Shown here one piece after another: positions 37,627-46,998 of a stretch of DNA of 53,944 bases (its first letter is position 1; the number at the start of each line of letters is the position of its first letter). The stretch is from the NCBI GenBank assembly GCA_034435395.1, contig DAOTXK010000120.1, forward strand, positions 1-53,944, in the 5' to 3' direction. The stretch is from Anaerolineae bacterium. Its GTDB lineage: Bacteria; Chloroflexota; Anaerolineae; Aggregatilineales; Ch27. A program made the translations under genes and the position numbers. The notes beneath the pieces are model-generated. The model was not told where the DNA came from. It did no database searches and saw only the letters and a program-made list of their open reading frames with translations.

Positions 37627-40548
37627 CTATTGTATGCGGGCCGGGAGGATCGGGCTACTGTCGGCGGCTGGCCGGTCTGCTGGGGCCTGGGCCGTGGGCG
37701 CGATCCGGGCCGCCGCTTCCCGCAGGGCTTGGTCCTCGCTGGCCAGCGCGTCCGCCAGGATAACCTCGCCCGCCGGGGACATCAGCGCCCTGGTGATGCG
37801 CAGCATCTCACCCTTCACCCCGCTGTCGCTCTCCCGCCGGTAGGCGTCGACCAGGATGTCCGGCGCGCGCCCGTGCCCCATCCAGGCCAGCGGCCACACG
37901 GCGGCGAGCCGCGTCTCCGGCGCGGGATCGCGCAGGGCCTTGGCCAGCGCGTCAAGCAGCGTCTCGACGGCCTGGCTCGCGGCCAGGTCGATGTGCAGAT
38001 AGTTGGTCGCCTGGAACAGCCCGCGCAGGATGTGCTGGCAGACGGTGCCGTCGGTGGCGCGGAGGATATCCGCCAGGTCGGCCAGGCATGCCTCCCCTGC
38101 CAGCTCGATCAGGCTGAGGGTGGCGGCGTATTTGACGTAGGGGTCGGGATCGTCGTCGATGGCCCGGCGGACGACGGCCAGCGCCTCCGGGTTGTTACAG
38201 GTGCCCAGCGATTCCAGAGCCTCGGCGCGGACGTCCGGGTCGTCGGCCAGCAGGGCCGCCTCCAGCACGGGGATGGCTGCCAGGTCCTGATGGTCGCGCA
38301 GCCGCCAGGCCGCCGCCCGGCGCACGTCGTCCACCTCATCCCGGAGCGCCTCGGCGGCCAGCCGGTAGGCGTGGCGGTCGCGCCGGTCACACAGGGCGTA
38401 AATGGCCGCCTCGCGGACGCGGTGGTCGGGGTCGGCGAGCGCCTGCCGGAGCAGCGGTTCCACCGCGAACCAGGAGAAGGCGTACAGATGGCGGGCGGCG
38501 CTGGCCCGTGTTGGCGCATGAGCGTCGGCGAGCGCCTCCTGCAAGATGCGCCGGGCGTCGCGGTCGCCGCGCCTGGCGAGCAGCCCGCCCGCGCCGTGGC
38601 GCACGTAAAAATCCTCGCTGCGCAGCATGACCGCCGCTGCCTCCAGCGAGATGGCCTCCGGCGGCAGGGCGTTGAGCATCGTGCCCAGGCGGCGCAGAGA
38701 CAGCCGCCGCTCCCCGCGCCCCTCGCTCCCGCTGGCGAGGCATGGCTCATGGCCGGTGGTCGCGGTCAGCGGACCGCCGTCCTGGTCGGCGGTTTGCCCG
38801 TACCGCGCCCGCCTGATTTCAGGGGCCATCGCCCGCGCCAGCTCCTCGCGGAACCGGGCCATCTGCTCTTCGAAGGGCAGGCTCTCGTTGATGTCGAAGG
38901 CGCAGACCTGGCTGGCCGTTGGGGCCGGGGCGCTCTCGCCGAGGGTGGCAATCACCGCTTCCCGCATCAGCGTCTTTCTGGTCTTCAGGTCGGTGACCGT
39001 GACGCGAAGCTGGCGCGAGTCGTCCACCCGGAAGGCCGCCCTGATCCGGTCCTCGCCGGGTTGGCCGATCGGGTCCAGGCGGACCAGCTGCTGCGCCGCC
39101 TCGGTCTCGTTGAGGGGAATGATGTGCGGCGGCTCGTCGCCCGCCTGGGCCACGAAAACGGTCTGCCCGCCCTCGTATCGCACTTCCACCATCGACACCG
39201 ACTCCGCAGCGATCTCGCCGACGACCAGTTCGATGGCTGCCTGCCCCGCCCGCGACGCGCTGAGGACGACCTCCACCGGCTTCGCGGTGGGGTATGCGCT
39301 CCCCATGGCGATGATCTCATCGTATTCGTGCCGCCCGGTCCCCGGGTTCAGGTGGCGCAGGCCGTAGCTATGGGCCAGGTAATCTTCCAGGCCATAACCC
39401 GCCGCCACCTGGAGAGCGCCTTCCGCCACCGCCGTGAACGGCCTGTCCACCCGCACGGCCTGCCCGGCGAAGTACTGCCTCAGCGTCCGCTGCACGGCAG
39501 GCATCAACGACACGCCGCCGACCAGCAGCACGGCGTGGATATCCTCCTGGAAGACGCCCTGGCGGCGGGCGATGTGCATCACCCGGTCGATGGCCCCCCG
39601 CAGGGCCGTGTAAAAGCCGTGGGCGTCCAGCAGGGCTTCCAGCTCGCGGCGCGTGACCGTCACCGCGTGCTGGCGGCCCGCCGCGCTGAAGATGATGTTG
39701 GTTGCCTCCTGGGTGGAGAGAGCGATTTTGGCCTTTTCACAGGCAGTCAGCAGCGCCGCATAGTGGTGGCCCAGCGTCTCGACGGTCAGGTCCGCCCGGT
39801 CCAGGACGTGGGCCAGCAGCCATTGATCCACGTCGCTGCCGCCCAGGAGGCGACCACCCTTGGCGATCACCCGCGCGGCGTGTTCCCTGGCTCCTCCTCG
39901 GCGCAGGCGGCTCAAGAAGCCGCCCGTCCTGGCCCGGCTCTCCGGCAGCTGGACCAGGGAGAGGTCCAGCGTGCCGCCGCCGAGGTCGCAAACCAGGACC
40001 AGCGCGCCGGGTTCGGTCACGGCATAACCCAGCGCCGCCGCCGTCGACTCGTCAACCACGCGGACGCGGTCCGGCGGGAAGTCGGCGACAACCTCACTCA
40101 GCCAGGCCAGGTAGCCGCTGAAGGAGGCGACCGGCGCGGTGAGCACCAGTTGGTCGACCGCGTGCCGGGGGTAGGGGAGGGCGCTCAGCAGCGTCCGGAT
40201 GAAGGCGCGCCCGGCGTCCTGGTCGGTCCAGGGGATGCCATCGATGAGGCGGGGGTCTGGCGGGGAGGCGGCCAGGATGCCGCGTTTGAAGTTGCGGAAC
40301 AGACGGTTATCCGGCTGGCCGTCCAGGCCGCCCGCGCCCACGGCCTGCCCGGCGACGGCCTGCCCGGTCGCGCCATCCTGCACGTACAGCAACGAGGGCA
40401 CCAGGGGCGGGAGGTCGTCGGTTGGAGCGCCGCCGGGGTCGAGGCTGAGGCCGGGCAGCGGCAGGAACGCCACCTGGTCCTGCCCCTCGTCCCAGTGCGC
40501 GACGAGGCTGTTGGTCGTGCCAAAGTCAATGGTCAGTTTGTGGCCCAT
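37627..40548 (-). CDS. Non-canonical Hsp70-family ATPase fused to a C-terminal HEAT-repeat array (973 aa)
   Basis: Actin-fold/Hsp70 motifs IDFGTTNS, DESTAAALGY, DLGGGTLDLSLVQL and LLVGGVSLMPAV. A beta-rich middle part follows. From about aa 640 there are repeated HEAT/PBS-lyase-like units (DPDHRVREAAIYALCD, DDVRRAAAWRLRD, DPDVRAEALESLG, DPYVKYAATLSL, APETRLAAVWPLAWMG). ATG at 40548. Confidence 0.85.
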   Translation of the reverse strand: MGHKLTIDFGTTNSLVAHWDEGQDQVAFLPLPGLSLDPGGAPTDDLPPLVPSLLYVQDGATGQAVAGQAVGAGGLDGQPDNRLFRNFKRGILAASPPDPRLIDGIPWTDQDAGRAFIRTLLSALPYPRHAVDQLVLTAPVASFSGYLAWLSEVVADFPPDRVRVVDESTAAALGYAVTEPGALVLVCDLGGGTLDLSLVQLPESRARTGGFLSRLRRGGAREHAARVIAKGGRLLGGSDVDQWLLAHVLDRADLTVETLGHHYAALLTACEKAKIALSTQEATNIIFSAAGRQHAVTVTRRELEALLDAHGFYTALRGAIDRVMHIARRQGVFQEDIHAVLLVGGVSLMPAVQRTLRQYFAGQAVRVDRPFTAVAEGALQVAAGYGLEDYLAHSYGLRHLNPGTGRHEYDEIIAMGSAYPTAKPVEVVLSASRAGQAAIELVVGEIAAESVSMVEVRYEGGQTVFVAQAGDEPPHIIPLNETEAAQQLVRLDPIGQPGEDRIRAAFRVDDSRQLRVTVTDLKTRKTLMREAVIATLGESAPAPTASQVCAFDINESLPFEEQMARFREELARAMAPEIRRARYGQTADQDGGPLTATTGHEPCLASGSEGRGERRLSLRRLGTMLNALPPEAISLEAAAVMLRSEDFYVRHGAGGLLARRGDRDARRILQEALADAHAPTRASAARHLYAFSWFAVEPLLRQALADPDHRVREAAIYALCDRRDRHAYRLAAEALRDEVDDVRRAAAWRLRDHQDLAAIPVLEAALLADDPDVRAEALESLGTCNNPEALAVVRRAIDDDPDPYVKYAATLSLIELAGEACLADLADILRATDGTVCQHILRGLFQATNYLHIDLAASQAVETLLDALAKALRDPAPETRLAAVWPLAWMGHGRAPDILVDAYRRESDSGVKGEMLRITRALMSPAGEVILADALASEDQALREAAARIAPTAQAPADRPAADSSPILPARIQ

Positions 40549-40609
40549 GGCGCACCGGTCGTTTCTCTCCGGCCATGTGTTACGCAGCGTGATGTTACGT
40601 TTCGTAATC

Positions 40610-40637
40610 AATCTATCATGATATATTACGCTGTCAA
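40610..40637 (-). promoter_or_regulatory. Candidate sigma-70 promoter for the Hsp70-HEAT gene
   Basis: Minus strand reads TTGACA - 16 nt - TAGATT. The spacer contains a CGTAAT motif. About 60 nt upstream of the start at 40548. Confidence 0.4.
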
Positions 40638-40730
40638 GTAGTACGGTGGTGGGAGTTAGAGGGCGGATGGGCGCTTTCGATTGCTGGCAGCGTCAAAATG
40701 GATTAGGATGGAGAGGATTGACGTACAGGA

Positions 40731-40757
40731 CGTAATATATCGCCCCACGGTATTACG
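40731..40757. promoter_or_regulatory. Inverted repeat, candidate PadR operator
   Basis: CGTAATA - 13 nt - TATTACG, 29 nt upstream of the padR-like start. A second repeat, TTACG-ttt-CGTAA, lies at 40595..40607. The pentamer TTACG/CGTAA occurs 6 times in the 237-bp spacer. Confidence 0.4.
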
Positions 40758-40785
40758 AAGCGACAATGGGAAGGCCGCGAGCGCC

Positions 40786-41349
40786 ATGGCTGACGAGCAG
40801 GATCGCGAGTTAACGACATTGGAGTACGTGGTGCTGGGGCTGATCAGCACCGGGCCGCAGTCCGGTTACAGCATCATCAGCACCTTTGAGACCGAGGTGT
40901 ATCGCCGCTGGAGCGCCAGCCCTGGCTCCGTTTACCCGATGCTCAAACGGCTGGAAAGACGCGGTGTCATCGCCGGCGAACTGGAAGTGGTCTACGAGAC
41001 GCGGCCGCGGAAGATGTATCGGCTGACCCCGGCGGGGGAGCGGCTGGTGGATGCCTGGCTGAAAGCCCCGCTGGGAAAGCCCGATGTGACCGAAGAGCGG
41101 GACATCACCATGCTGAAGTTCCTGTTCGCCGAGAATCGCCTCTCGCGGGAGGAGATTCTGGTCTGGCTGGATGATTATGAGGGAGCCGCCCGCGCGTATG
41201 AAGTGATGTTTCGTACCCAGCGCGACCCCGAATGGAGCGACTGGTCGCTGCACCAGCGGCTGATCGTGGAGGGGATGCTCATGGAGATCGACATGCAGCT
41301 CAAGTGGATTCAGACGGCCCGCCACCGCCTGCTGGTCAGCCCTCCTTAG
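40786..41349 (+). CDS. PadR-family transcriptional regulator
   Basis: Winged-helix LEYVVLGLISTGPQSGYSIISTFETEVYRRWSASPGSVYPMLKRLERRGVIAGE. ATG at 40786 preferred over the track start at 40681. Confidence 0.9.
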   Translation: MADEQDRELTTLEYVVLGLISTGPQSGYSIISTFETEVYRRWSASPGSVYPMLKRLERRGVIAGELEVVYETRPRKMYRLTPAGERLVDAWLKAPLGKPDVTEERDITMLKFLFAENRLSREEILVWLDDYEGAARAYEVMFRTQRDPEWSDWSLHQRLIVEGMLMEIDMQLKWIQTARHRLLVSPP

Positions 41350-41370
41350 CGCCATCGACGGACGAGTCGG

Positions 41371-41592
41371 TCAGGGGACGCAGCCCGAAAGATGGCCCAT
41401 CAGGATGGCGACGCCGAGGATGAGGCCAATGATGCCGAGCGTCACCGGGCCACCCTCTCCCCTGCTCCTTCGCGGCGGGGTTGCGCCCGGTGGTTTATCG
41501 GCCCGCCGCCATTCCCAGGTCAGGTCTCTGGCAAGCAGGCAGAGCACGCCACAGCCGATGAGCAAAACCGACAGACCGATCGTGGCCGACAT
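41371..41592 (-). CDS. Small two-TM membrane protein (73 aa)
   Basis: Two hydrophobic helices separated by a basic loop (WEWRRADKPPGATPPRRSRGEG). The coding call is tentative. Confidence 0.4.
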   Translation of the reverse strand: MSATIGLSVLLIGCGVLCLLARDLTWEWRRADKPPGATPPRRSRGEGGPVTLGIIGLILGVAILMGHLSGCVP

Positions 41593-41862
41593 ATATCCTC
41601 CCGTTTTTTTGGTAAGCCCGACCCAGGCGCGGGAGGCGGCCTGTTGCGACCACTGTAAAACAAAGATGCGGGGAGCTGTCCCCCAAACATTCGGGTAGCC
41701 GGGCGCGGCCTGGGCAGGGTGGAAATCAGCGCTTCCGGCACGGTGGTTCGGGCGGGGGAAACGCCTATAATGGTCGTTGGCCGCTTTGGGCGGCGGGGTG
41801 TGATGCTGACGGTGTTCAGGGCGGTCAGGTGGAACGATGGCCGTTCAACAGGGGAGAAGGGT

Positions 41863-42861
41863 ATGTTCAAGCAATGGTTTGGGGCGTCGGTGTGGGTGGT
41901 CGTGATGGCCGTTGCGCCAGTGGCGGCGGTTCTGGCTCAGGGCGGGGCGATTAACGTGGGGGACACGGTGGAGGGCACGCTCAACGACGCCACGGCCACC
42001 TACAACGTGGTCATCGGCGAGGGCGAATCGGTGTCGATTGCCCTCAACTCCGACGATTTTGACGCTTACCTGGAGGTCAGGGACAAAAACGGCAACGTGA
42101 TCGCCTCGGATGATGACAGCGGCGGGAGCCTCAATTCGGCGCTGGTGTTCACCGCGCCGTCGGCGGGGGCCTACGCCATCCTGGTGCGTGCCTATGGGGG
42201 CAATGCCACCGGCGCTTACACCCTGATCCTCACCGCCACCACCGTGGTCGAGCTGGCCTATAACAGCGCCACGCCAGTGGAGCTGGGCGAGGGCGATGCG
42301 ATGATAAATTTCTCCCTCGTCGGGAATGAAGGGGATGTCCTCAACATCTACACTGACAACCCCGATCTGGATGTCCGGCTGACGCTGCTGGACCCCACCG
42401 GCCAGCAGGTGGCCTATGACGATGATGGCGGGGTGGGTTATGCGCCGTACCTCCGTCGGGTGGTCCTGCCCGTCAGCGGCGTCTACGCGCTCCAGCTAGC
42501 ACCGGTTATGGGGAACGTGGTCGGGGCGCTGAACCTGATGGTTGAGCAGGATGAGCTGCCCCTGCTGGACGGGGGGCCGTATGCGGTGACCATGGGGGAG
42601 GACCAGAGCGTCGAGCGCATGGGATTCACCGCCACGGCGGGCCAGACGTACCGCCTCACGAGCAAGACCAGCAGGGAAGCCTATGGTTATCTGGCAGTTG
42701 AGCAGGCCCAGTGGAATACGTTCAGCCTGTCGTTCAGCCGGGTCATGGAGGCGTCGATGGTGTTCACCGCCAGCGAGAGCGGGTTGTTCCCGGTGACGCT
42801 GGATGACAACTCTTGGGACGGCAGCACCGAGTATGAGGTGTCCGTGGTGCCGGTGAACTAG
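41863..42861 (+). CDS. Secreted protein with three pre-peptidase C-terminal (PPC)-like modules and no catalytic domain
   Basis: Signal peptide MFKQWFGASVWVVVMAVAPVAAVLAQG. Module 1 reads GDTVEGTLND..YNVVIGEGESVSIALNSDDFDAYLEVRDKNGNVIASDDDSGGSLNSALVFTAPSAGAYAILVRAYGGNATGAYTLIL, a typical PPC pattern. Two more divergent copies follow. GGGGAGAAGG RBS. Confidence 0.75.
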   Translation: MFKQWFGASVWVVVMAVAPVAAVLAQGGAINVGDTVEGTLNDATATYNVVIGEGESVSIALNSDDFDAYLEVRDKNGNVIASDDDSGGSLNSALVFTAPSAGAYAILVRAYGGNATGAYTLILTATTVVELAYNSATPVELGEGDAMINFSLVGNEGDVLNIYTDNPDLDVRLTLLDPTGQQVAYDDDGGVGYAPYLRRVVLPVSGVYALQLAPVMGNVVGALNLMVEQDELPLLDGGPYAVTMGEDQSVERMGFTATAGQTYRLTSKTSREAYGYLAVEQAQWNTFSLSFSRVMEASMVFTASESGLFPVTLDDNSWDGSTEYEVSVVPVN

Positions 42862-42879
42862 CCGGGTGCCGCGCTGGTT

Positions 42880-43746
42880 TTACGCCCGGCAGGCCACCAC
42901 CCCAAAAGCGTGCGGGCAGGGGCGCACCTTCACAAATCCTGCCTCTTTGAGCCGTCGGACCGCGCCTTTCATCACCCGCTGGCCCAGCTGGCTGTCGGGA
43001 TTGCCCAGATAGTGAAAGAGGCGACCGCCGCGCCGGGTCACGCGGAACAGGTGACGGTAAAACGCCAGGGAATATAGTTCACCGGCGAGGCTGGCGGTCG
43101 GCGGGTCGTGAATGACGTGATGAAAGTAACCGTCGTCAAATCCCGCGATCAACTCGGCGCTGTCGCCGACCAGTTGCCGGATGTTGGGGCTGTCGAACAG
43201 CGGTTGCGACCAGGGGTTGAGGCGGGCCACCGCCAACACAGCGGGATCGAGTTCGATGGTGATCACCTCGCGGGCCGTCTTGCTGGCTTCGATGGCGGTG
43301 TATCCCAGGCCGGTGGCGGTATCCAGCACGCGACCGCGCAGCGGGGCAATCGCCTTCACTTTGTTCACCGAGTCTTGATGAGGCTCGGCGTCTTTGATGC
43401 GGTGCATGGGAAACCCCGCCACCAGGAGCGTGGGCGCGCCAGCCGTCGGCATAAGGCTACAGGGACGCCCCGTCAGCTCGGAAAAGGTATAAACTTTTTC
43501 CACCTCGCCCTCGCGAACCGCAAAACAGCTCGTGGTCGCCGCCGCGATGGCGGTAATCGTCTCCCAGGTTAGCGTCTGCCCATCAGGAAAGATGACGTGC
43601 GCCTGCTCGACGCGGACTTCAACCGTGGTCAGGCCGAGATCGGGCGAGGTGCGGGCGGTGGGCTGTCCGTTGCGCCGCGCCTCCAGCAGCGGCCGGGCCT
43701 GCACATGCGAGAGCACCATCGGCAGGGACGTTTCCATGCGCCTCAT
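42880..43746 (-). CDS. Class I SAM-dependent methyltransferase
   Basis: Motif [17 protein letters not shown], followed by IELD and HDPP (a D/N-PP-type motif IV). Confidence 0.7.
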   Translation of the reverse strand: MRRMETSLPMVLSHVQARPLLEARRNGQPTARTSPDLGLTTVEVRVEQAHVIFPDGQTLTWETITAIAAATTSCFAVREGEVEKVYTFSELTGRPCSLMPTAGAPTLLVAGFPMHRIKDAEPHQDSVNKVKAIAPLRGRVLDTATGLGYTAIEASKTAREVITIELDPAVLAVARLNPWSQPLFDSPNIRQLVGDSAELIAGFDDGYFHHVIHDPPTASLAGELYSLAFYRHLFRVTRRGGRLFHYLGNPDSQLGQRVMKGAVRRLKEAGFVKVRPCPHAFGVVACRA

Positions 43747-43808
43747 CCTCTCTGGAAGCAGGAATCCGCAACACGTCGGCTTTCCCGGAGGTGACTGGCG
43801 CGCGGTCC

Positions 43809-44468
43809 CTAATGGCCGACGGCGGATCGCTGCCCGCTGACGGCTGACAGTTGAGCGCGCAGCTCCGCATGGGCGGCGCAGACGTTGGGGTGGATCGTCC
43901 AGCCCATCTCCGGGCCGTTATTGATCACCCACTCCAGGTACACGAACGCCGCCCGGTTGAGGCTGACGCTGGCCGCATCCTTCAACGCCGGCAGGAAGTC
44001 GCTGCGCGGCGCGGTTGGGTCCAGCGCCACTTTATCCGCCAGGAAGACCACCTTTTCCAGCGTGCTGGCCCCGGCCCGCAGGGTTGAATGATAACGGATC
44101 GCGTTGAGGATGTCCTGGTCGGCGATGCCCAGCCGCTGCCGGGCAACTTCGGCGGCCAGCGGCCCGTGAATCAGCGGCACGGCGGCGCGGTCGGCGTCCG
44201 TGAGCGGCACACCCCACGCCTCCGCCACGGCGATCAACTCCCCGTGCGGCACCCCTGCCGCCAGATCGTGGCACCAGGCGGCGACGGCGGCTCGTTTCAT
44301 ATCCGCCGCCATGTGCGGACAGTAGCGCGCGGCCAGCAACCGCGCCTGCCCCACCACCGCCCGGGTGTGGGCCAGGGTATGCGCCTTACCGGCGGCGGTG
44401 AGGAAGCTGGTGACGGCGTCGCGGATACTGCCGGTGGGTTGCAGGCCGTCAAAATAATCTGCGGCCAT
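43809..44468 (-). CDS. HD-domain phosphohydrolase, YqeK-like
   Basis: Contains HTLAHTRAV...WCHDLA..., [30 protein letters not shown] and [11 protein letters not shown]. The ATG at 44468 avoids overlap with the upstream GNAT gene. The track ORF extends to 44612. Confidence 0.7.
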   Translation of the reverse strand: MAADYFDGLQPTGSIRDAVTSFLTAAGKAHTLAHTRAVVGQARLLAARYCPHMAADMKRAAVAAWCHDLAAGVPHGELIAVAEAWGVPLTDADRAAVPLIHGPLAAEVARQRLGIADQDILNAIRYHSTLRAGASTLEKVVFLADKVALDPTAPRSDFLPALKDAASVSLNRAAFVYLEWVINNGPEMGWTIHPNVCAAHAELRAQLSAVSGQRSAVGH

Positions 44469-44550
44469 GACAAAACCGTAACCTTCGGTAGGGTTGGCAC
44501 TCTGAGCATAACACATCAGGCGTCTGCCGCCAGTCCCCCAACGGCGGCGT

Positions 44551-45294
44551 TCAGGGCAGGGCTTTGACCCGGTACCAGTAACGATAAACCTCCTGGAAGC
44601 CGAGCTTCTCATACAGATGCAGGGCCGGGGCGTTGTTCAGCATCACCTGCAAATAGGCCCGCCTGGCCCCTCCGGTCCGGCCCCAATGGAGCAGGCTCAA
44701 CATCAACTGGCTTCCGAACCCCTGGTTGCGGCGGTGGGCGGCCGTCACCACGTCGAAGATGCCCAGGTGGCCGCGTTCCAGCACGCCCAGCCCTGCCGCG
44801 ATTGTCTCGCCGTCCTGCCGCAGCGCCATGAAACAGCGTGCCGGGATGATGTTGCCCAGCAGGCGTCTCATGGTCGGCATGCGGCGCGCCTCCAGGCCGC
44901 TCAAGGCGCAAAAATCGGCCAGCCAGGCGTCCGACAGGTCCGGCCCGGCGACGACCGTCTGCCCGGTGGGGGATGGCAGGGCCGCCAGGTCGTCCAGCAC
45001 CTGCACACTGGTCAGCGCATCCGGGGCGTAACCCTGGCGATCCAGGGTGTCGTCGAGCGCCCCCAGTTCGGCAGCCGAGGTGATCTTAAAGATGGTCGGC
45101 TGCCCTCTGGCCGCGTAAACCGCTTCACAGCCGGCGATCTTCTCGTCCAGCGGCAGGGCAGACGGATACAGCGGGGTGATCGAGTTGGCGCGGCGGGTGT
45201 AACCCTCGGCGAAGCGCAGCACCCAGCCGTCATAGAGAAGGACCTGCAAGGCCGGCCAGGCGTTGCCGGAGAGTTCTTCGAGCAGATGGATCAT
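44551..45294 (-). CDS. GNAT-family N-acetyltransferase (247 aa)
   Basis: C-terminal GNAT core VVTAAHRRNQGFGSQLMLSLL...LYEKLGF. Confidence 0.8.
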   Translation of the reverse strand: MIHLLEELSGNAWPALQVLLYDGWVLRFAEGYTRRANSITPLYPSALPLDEKIAGCEAVYAARGQPTIFKITSAAELGALDDTLDRQGYAPDALTSVQVLDDLAALPSPTGQTVVAGPDLSDAWLADFCALSGLEARRMPTMRRLLGNIIPARCFMALRQDGETIAAGLGVLERGHLGIFDVVTAAHRRNQGFGSQLMLSLLHWGRTGGARRAYLQVMLNNAPALHLYEKLGFQEVYRYWYRVKALP

Positions 45295-45405
45295 TCGCTG
45301 GCCTCCCCAGGGGAAAAGTCACCGCCTTACGGATGGCCCGTCACGGCGGCCAGGCGAGCTTCCTGAAATCGCTGCTGTCCCGCCACGCATTATAGCCCGG
45401 TTGTT

Positions 45406-45456
45406 GATGGCGCGTCATCTCAGATGGCGCGTCATCTCAGATGGCGCGTCATCTCA
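45406..45456. repeat. Perfect 3 x 17-bp direct tandem repeat
   Basis: GATGGCGCGTCATCTCA occurs three times with no mismatch (45406..22, 45423..39, 45440..56). Each unit is an imperfect palindrome (GATGgCGCGtCATC). The third copy overlaps the stop codon of gene 45449..46297. Confidence 0.95.
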
Positions 45457-46297
45457 CCGTCGCTGGATCAACGATCCAGCCCTCGTCGGGGTTGCAGTCG
45501 GCGGGGATGTTGTAGCCGTGGCCGCGGCCCGCCCAGGCCCAGGCCGCCTGAACCGCGCCCAGCAACGCATCCAGGGCGTCGCCCCTGGGATCGCGGATCA
45601 TCTCGTCCGCCAGCGCCCGGTCAATCGCGAGGCTGAAGCCATAATGCTGCCGCATCTCGTCCGACCGCAAGCCGCGCATGACCGCCCGCCGCGCCGCCGC
45701 GTGTGCCGGAGTTTGCCGGCGCCGGTCATCTGACTTGTAAGCCCTCCGCCCGATCCACCGGCGCGCGACCAGCGCCGGATAGGCTTCGACGGCGATCCGG
45801 TCGGAGTCGGTGGGATGGCAGGGCAGCACGCTCACGCCAGCCCGTAGTAGGCGCGGCGCGCCCTGGAAAAACATCCGGCCCACTGGCACGCCGTAGAGCA
45901 TCATCGGGCTGCGGGCGTCGGCCAGCCGGTCGGTCTCCCGTCGGTGATGCCTGTCGCCCGGCGGTCTGGCGTCGCGGTAGGTCTTGAGCGCGGCTTCCCA
46001 CGCCCGCATATCCATCGCCGCCAGGTGCCCCACGTAACCCGCCCAGTCGGTCGGCCAGCCCAGGTTTTTGATCAGCTGGCGCGGCTGGCCGAACGGGAAG
46101 TCCAGACCGGCGATCCAGGGGCCAGGGCGTTCCAGGAACGCCTCAAAAGCGGCGAAGTCCGTTAATTCCTCCAGGCCGGTCACGCGCAGACGGGCGGCGC
46201 GCCACTCGCCGGCCACGCAGGTGATCGGCTTGCGGCGGGTTGGCGCGCTGGTGAAATCCAGGCCGTAAATGCGCACGGCGTCACCTCTCCGGGCCAT
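45449..46297 (-). CDS. DUF429-like protein (predicted RNase H-fold)
   Basis: IYGLDFTSAP near the N-terminus and VEAYPAL mid-protein fit my recollection of the DUF429 pattern. The family assignment is from memory and unverified. Confidence 0.5.
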   Translation of the reverse strand: MARRGDAVRIYGLDFTSAPTRRKPITCVAGEWRAARLRVTGLEELTDFAAFEAFLERPGPWIAGLDFPFGQPRQLIKNLGWPTDWAGYVGHLAAMDMRAWEAALKTYRDARPPGDRHHRRETDRLADARSPMMLYGVPVGRMFFQGAPRLLRAGVSVLPCHPTDSDRIAVEAYPALVARRWIGRRAYKSDDRRRQTPAHAAARRAVMRGLRSDEMRQHYGFSLAIDRALADEMIRDPRGDALDALLGAVQAAWAWAGRGHGYNIPADCNPDEGWIVDPATVR

Positions 46298-46467
46298 GCC
46301 AGCCGAAACAAGACAGGCCGCCCGATCCCCGCCTTATTGCGAATGGTTTGCAACAAGCGTCTGACATTCTTGTGACATGCGTCACTGGGAGGGTTTCCCA
46401 AGGGCGATCATACTTATGATGACAGAATTCGTACGGGGAAAGTCCTGGCATTGGGTCGCTATCCGGC

Positions 46468-46998
46468 ATGATCGCCACGTTCTACCGCATCCTGACCGAC
46501 CGGAGAATCCTGATCACGGCGGGTCTGTGCGCCCTGGCCCTGATGCTCCTGCTGCAAGGCACCGCCAGCGCGCGGGGCGGCGACTCGGTATTTGCCCTGC
46601 AACTGGCCTTCACGGTGGAAAACTTCCGCGCCGTGATCGATAGCTGGGGGGCAGGGGGCGTGGCCCAGTTCCGGGGCACTCTGTGGCTGGATTACCTGTT
46701 CCCCATCGCCTATGCGATCTTCCTGGCGGGCCTGATCGCCGCCCTCCACCCGACCAGGAAAGGGCCGGGGCGCGGCCAGGCGGCACGGGCAGTCGCCGTG
46801 CCCTTCCTGGCGGCGGCGCTCGATTACGGCGAAAATACGTTACATCTGGTCATCCTGGCGGATCCGACCGAACCCGCCGCGTCGCTGGTGCTGCTGGCAT
46901 CAATTGCGGCAACATTAAAATGGATAATGATCGCCATTGCATTTTTAGTCATTATCTATTATCTTGTTAGACAGAGCAGGTTTTATCGCACGGCATGA
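46468..46998 (+). CDS. Hypothetical membrane protein (176 aa)
   Basis: Four hydrophobic segments. The last ~25 codons are unusually AT-rich with rare codons (ata, tta, aga, agg). Confidence 0.55.
   Translation: MIATFYRILTDRRILITAGLCALALMLLLQGTASARGGDSVFALQLAFTVENFRAVIDSWGAGGVAQFRGTLWLDYLFPIAYAIFLAGLIAALHPTRKGPGRGQAARAVAVPFLAAALDYGENTLHLVILADPTEPAASLVLLASIAATLKWIMIAIAFLVIIYYLVRQSRFYRTA
46923..46963. promoter_or_regulatory. Fur-box-like half sites / candidate feo promoter region
   Basis: GATAATGA (46923..30) and its exact reverse complement TCATTATC (46949..56) are separated by 18 bp, followed by TATTATC. These match the two halves of the classical Fur box GATAATGATAATCATTATC. A possible promoter TTGCAT (46938) - 17 nt - TATCTT overlaps them. 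The region lies 70-110 bp upstream of feoA. Confidence 0.35.

Noticed and set aside
37630-40641. 1003-aa + strand ORF
   Set aside because: It is antisense to the Hsp70-HEAT gene, whose conserved ATPase motifs fix the real frame. The composition is Arg/Gly/Pro-rich.
45406-45456. Considered as a mini CRISPR array
   Set aside because: The units are directly adjacent with no spacers, only 17 bp long, and no cas genes are present. It is a simple tandem repeat.
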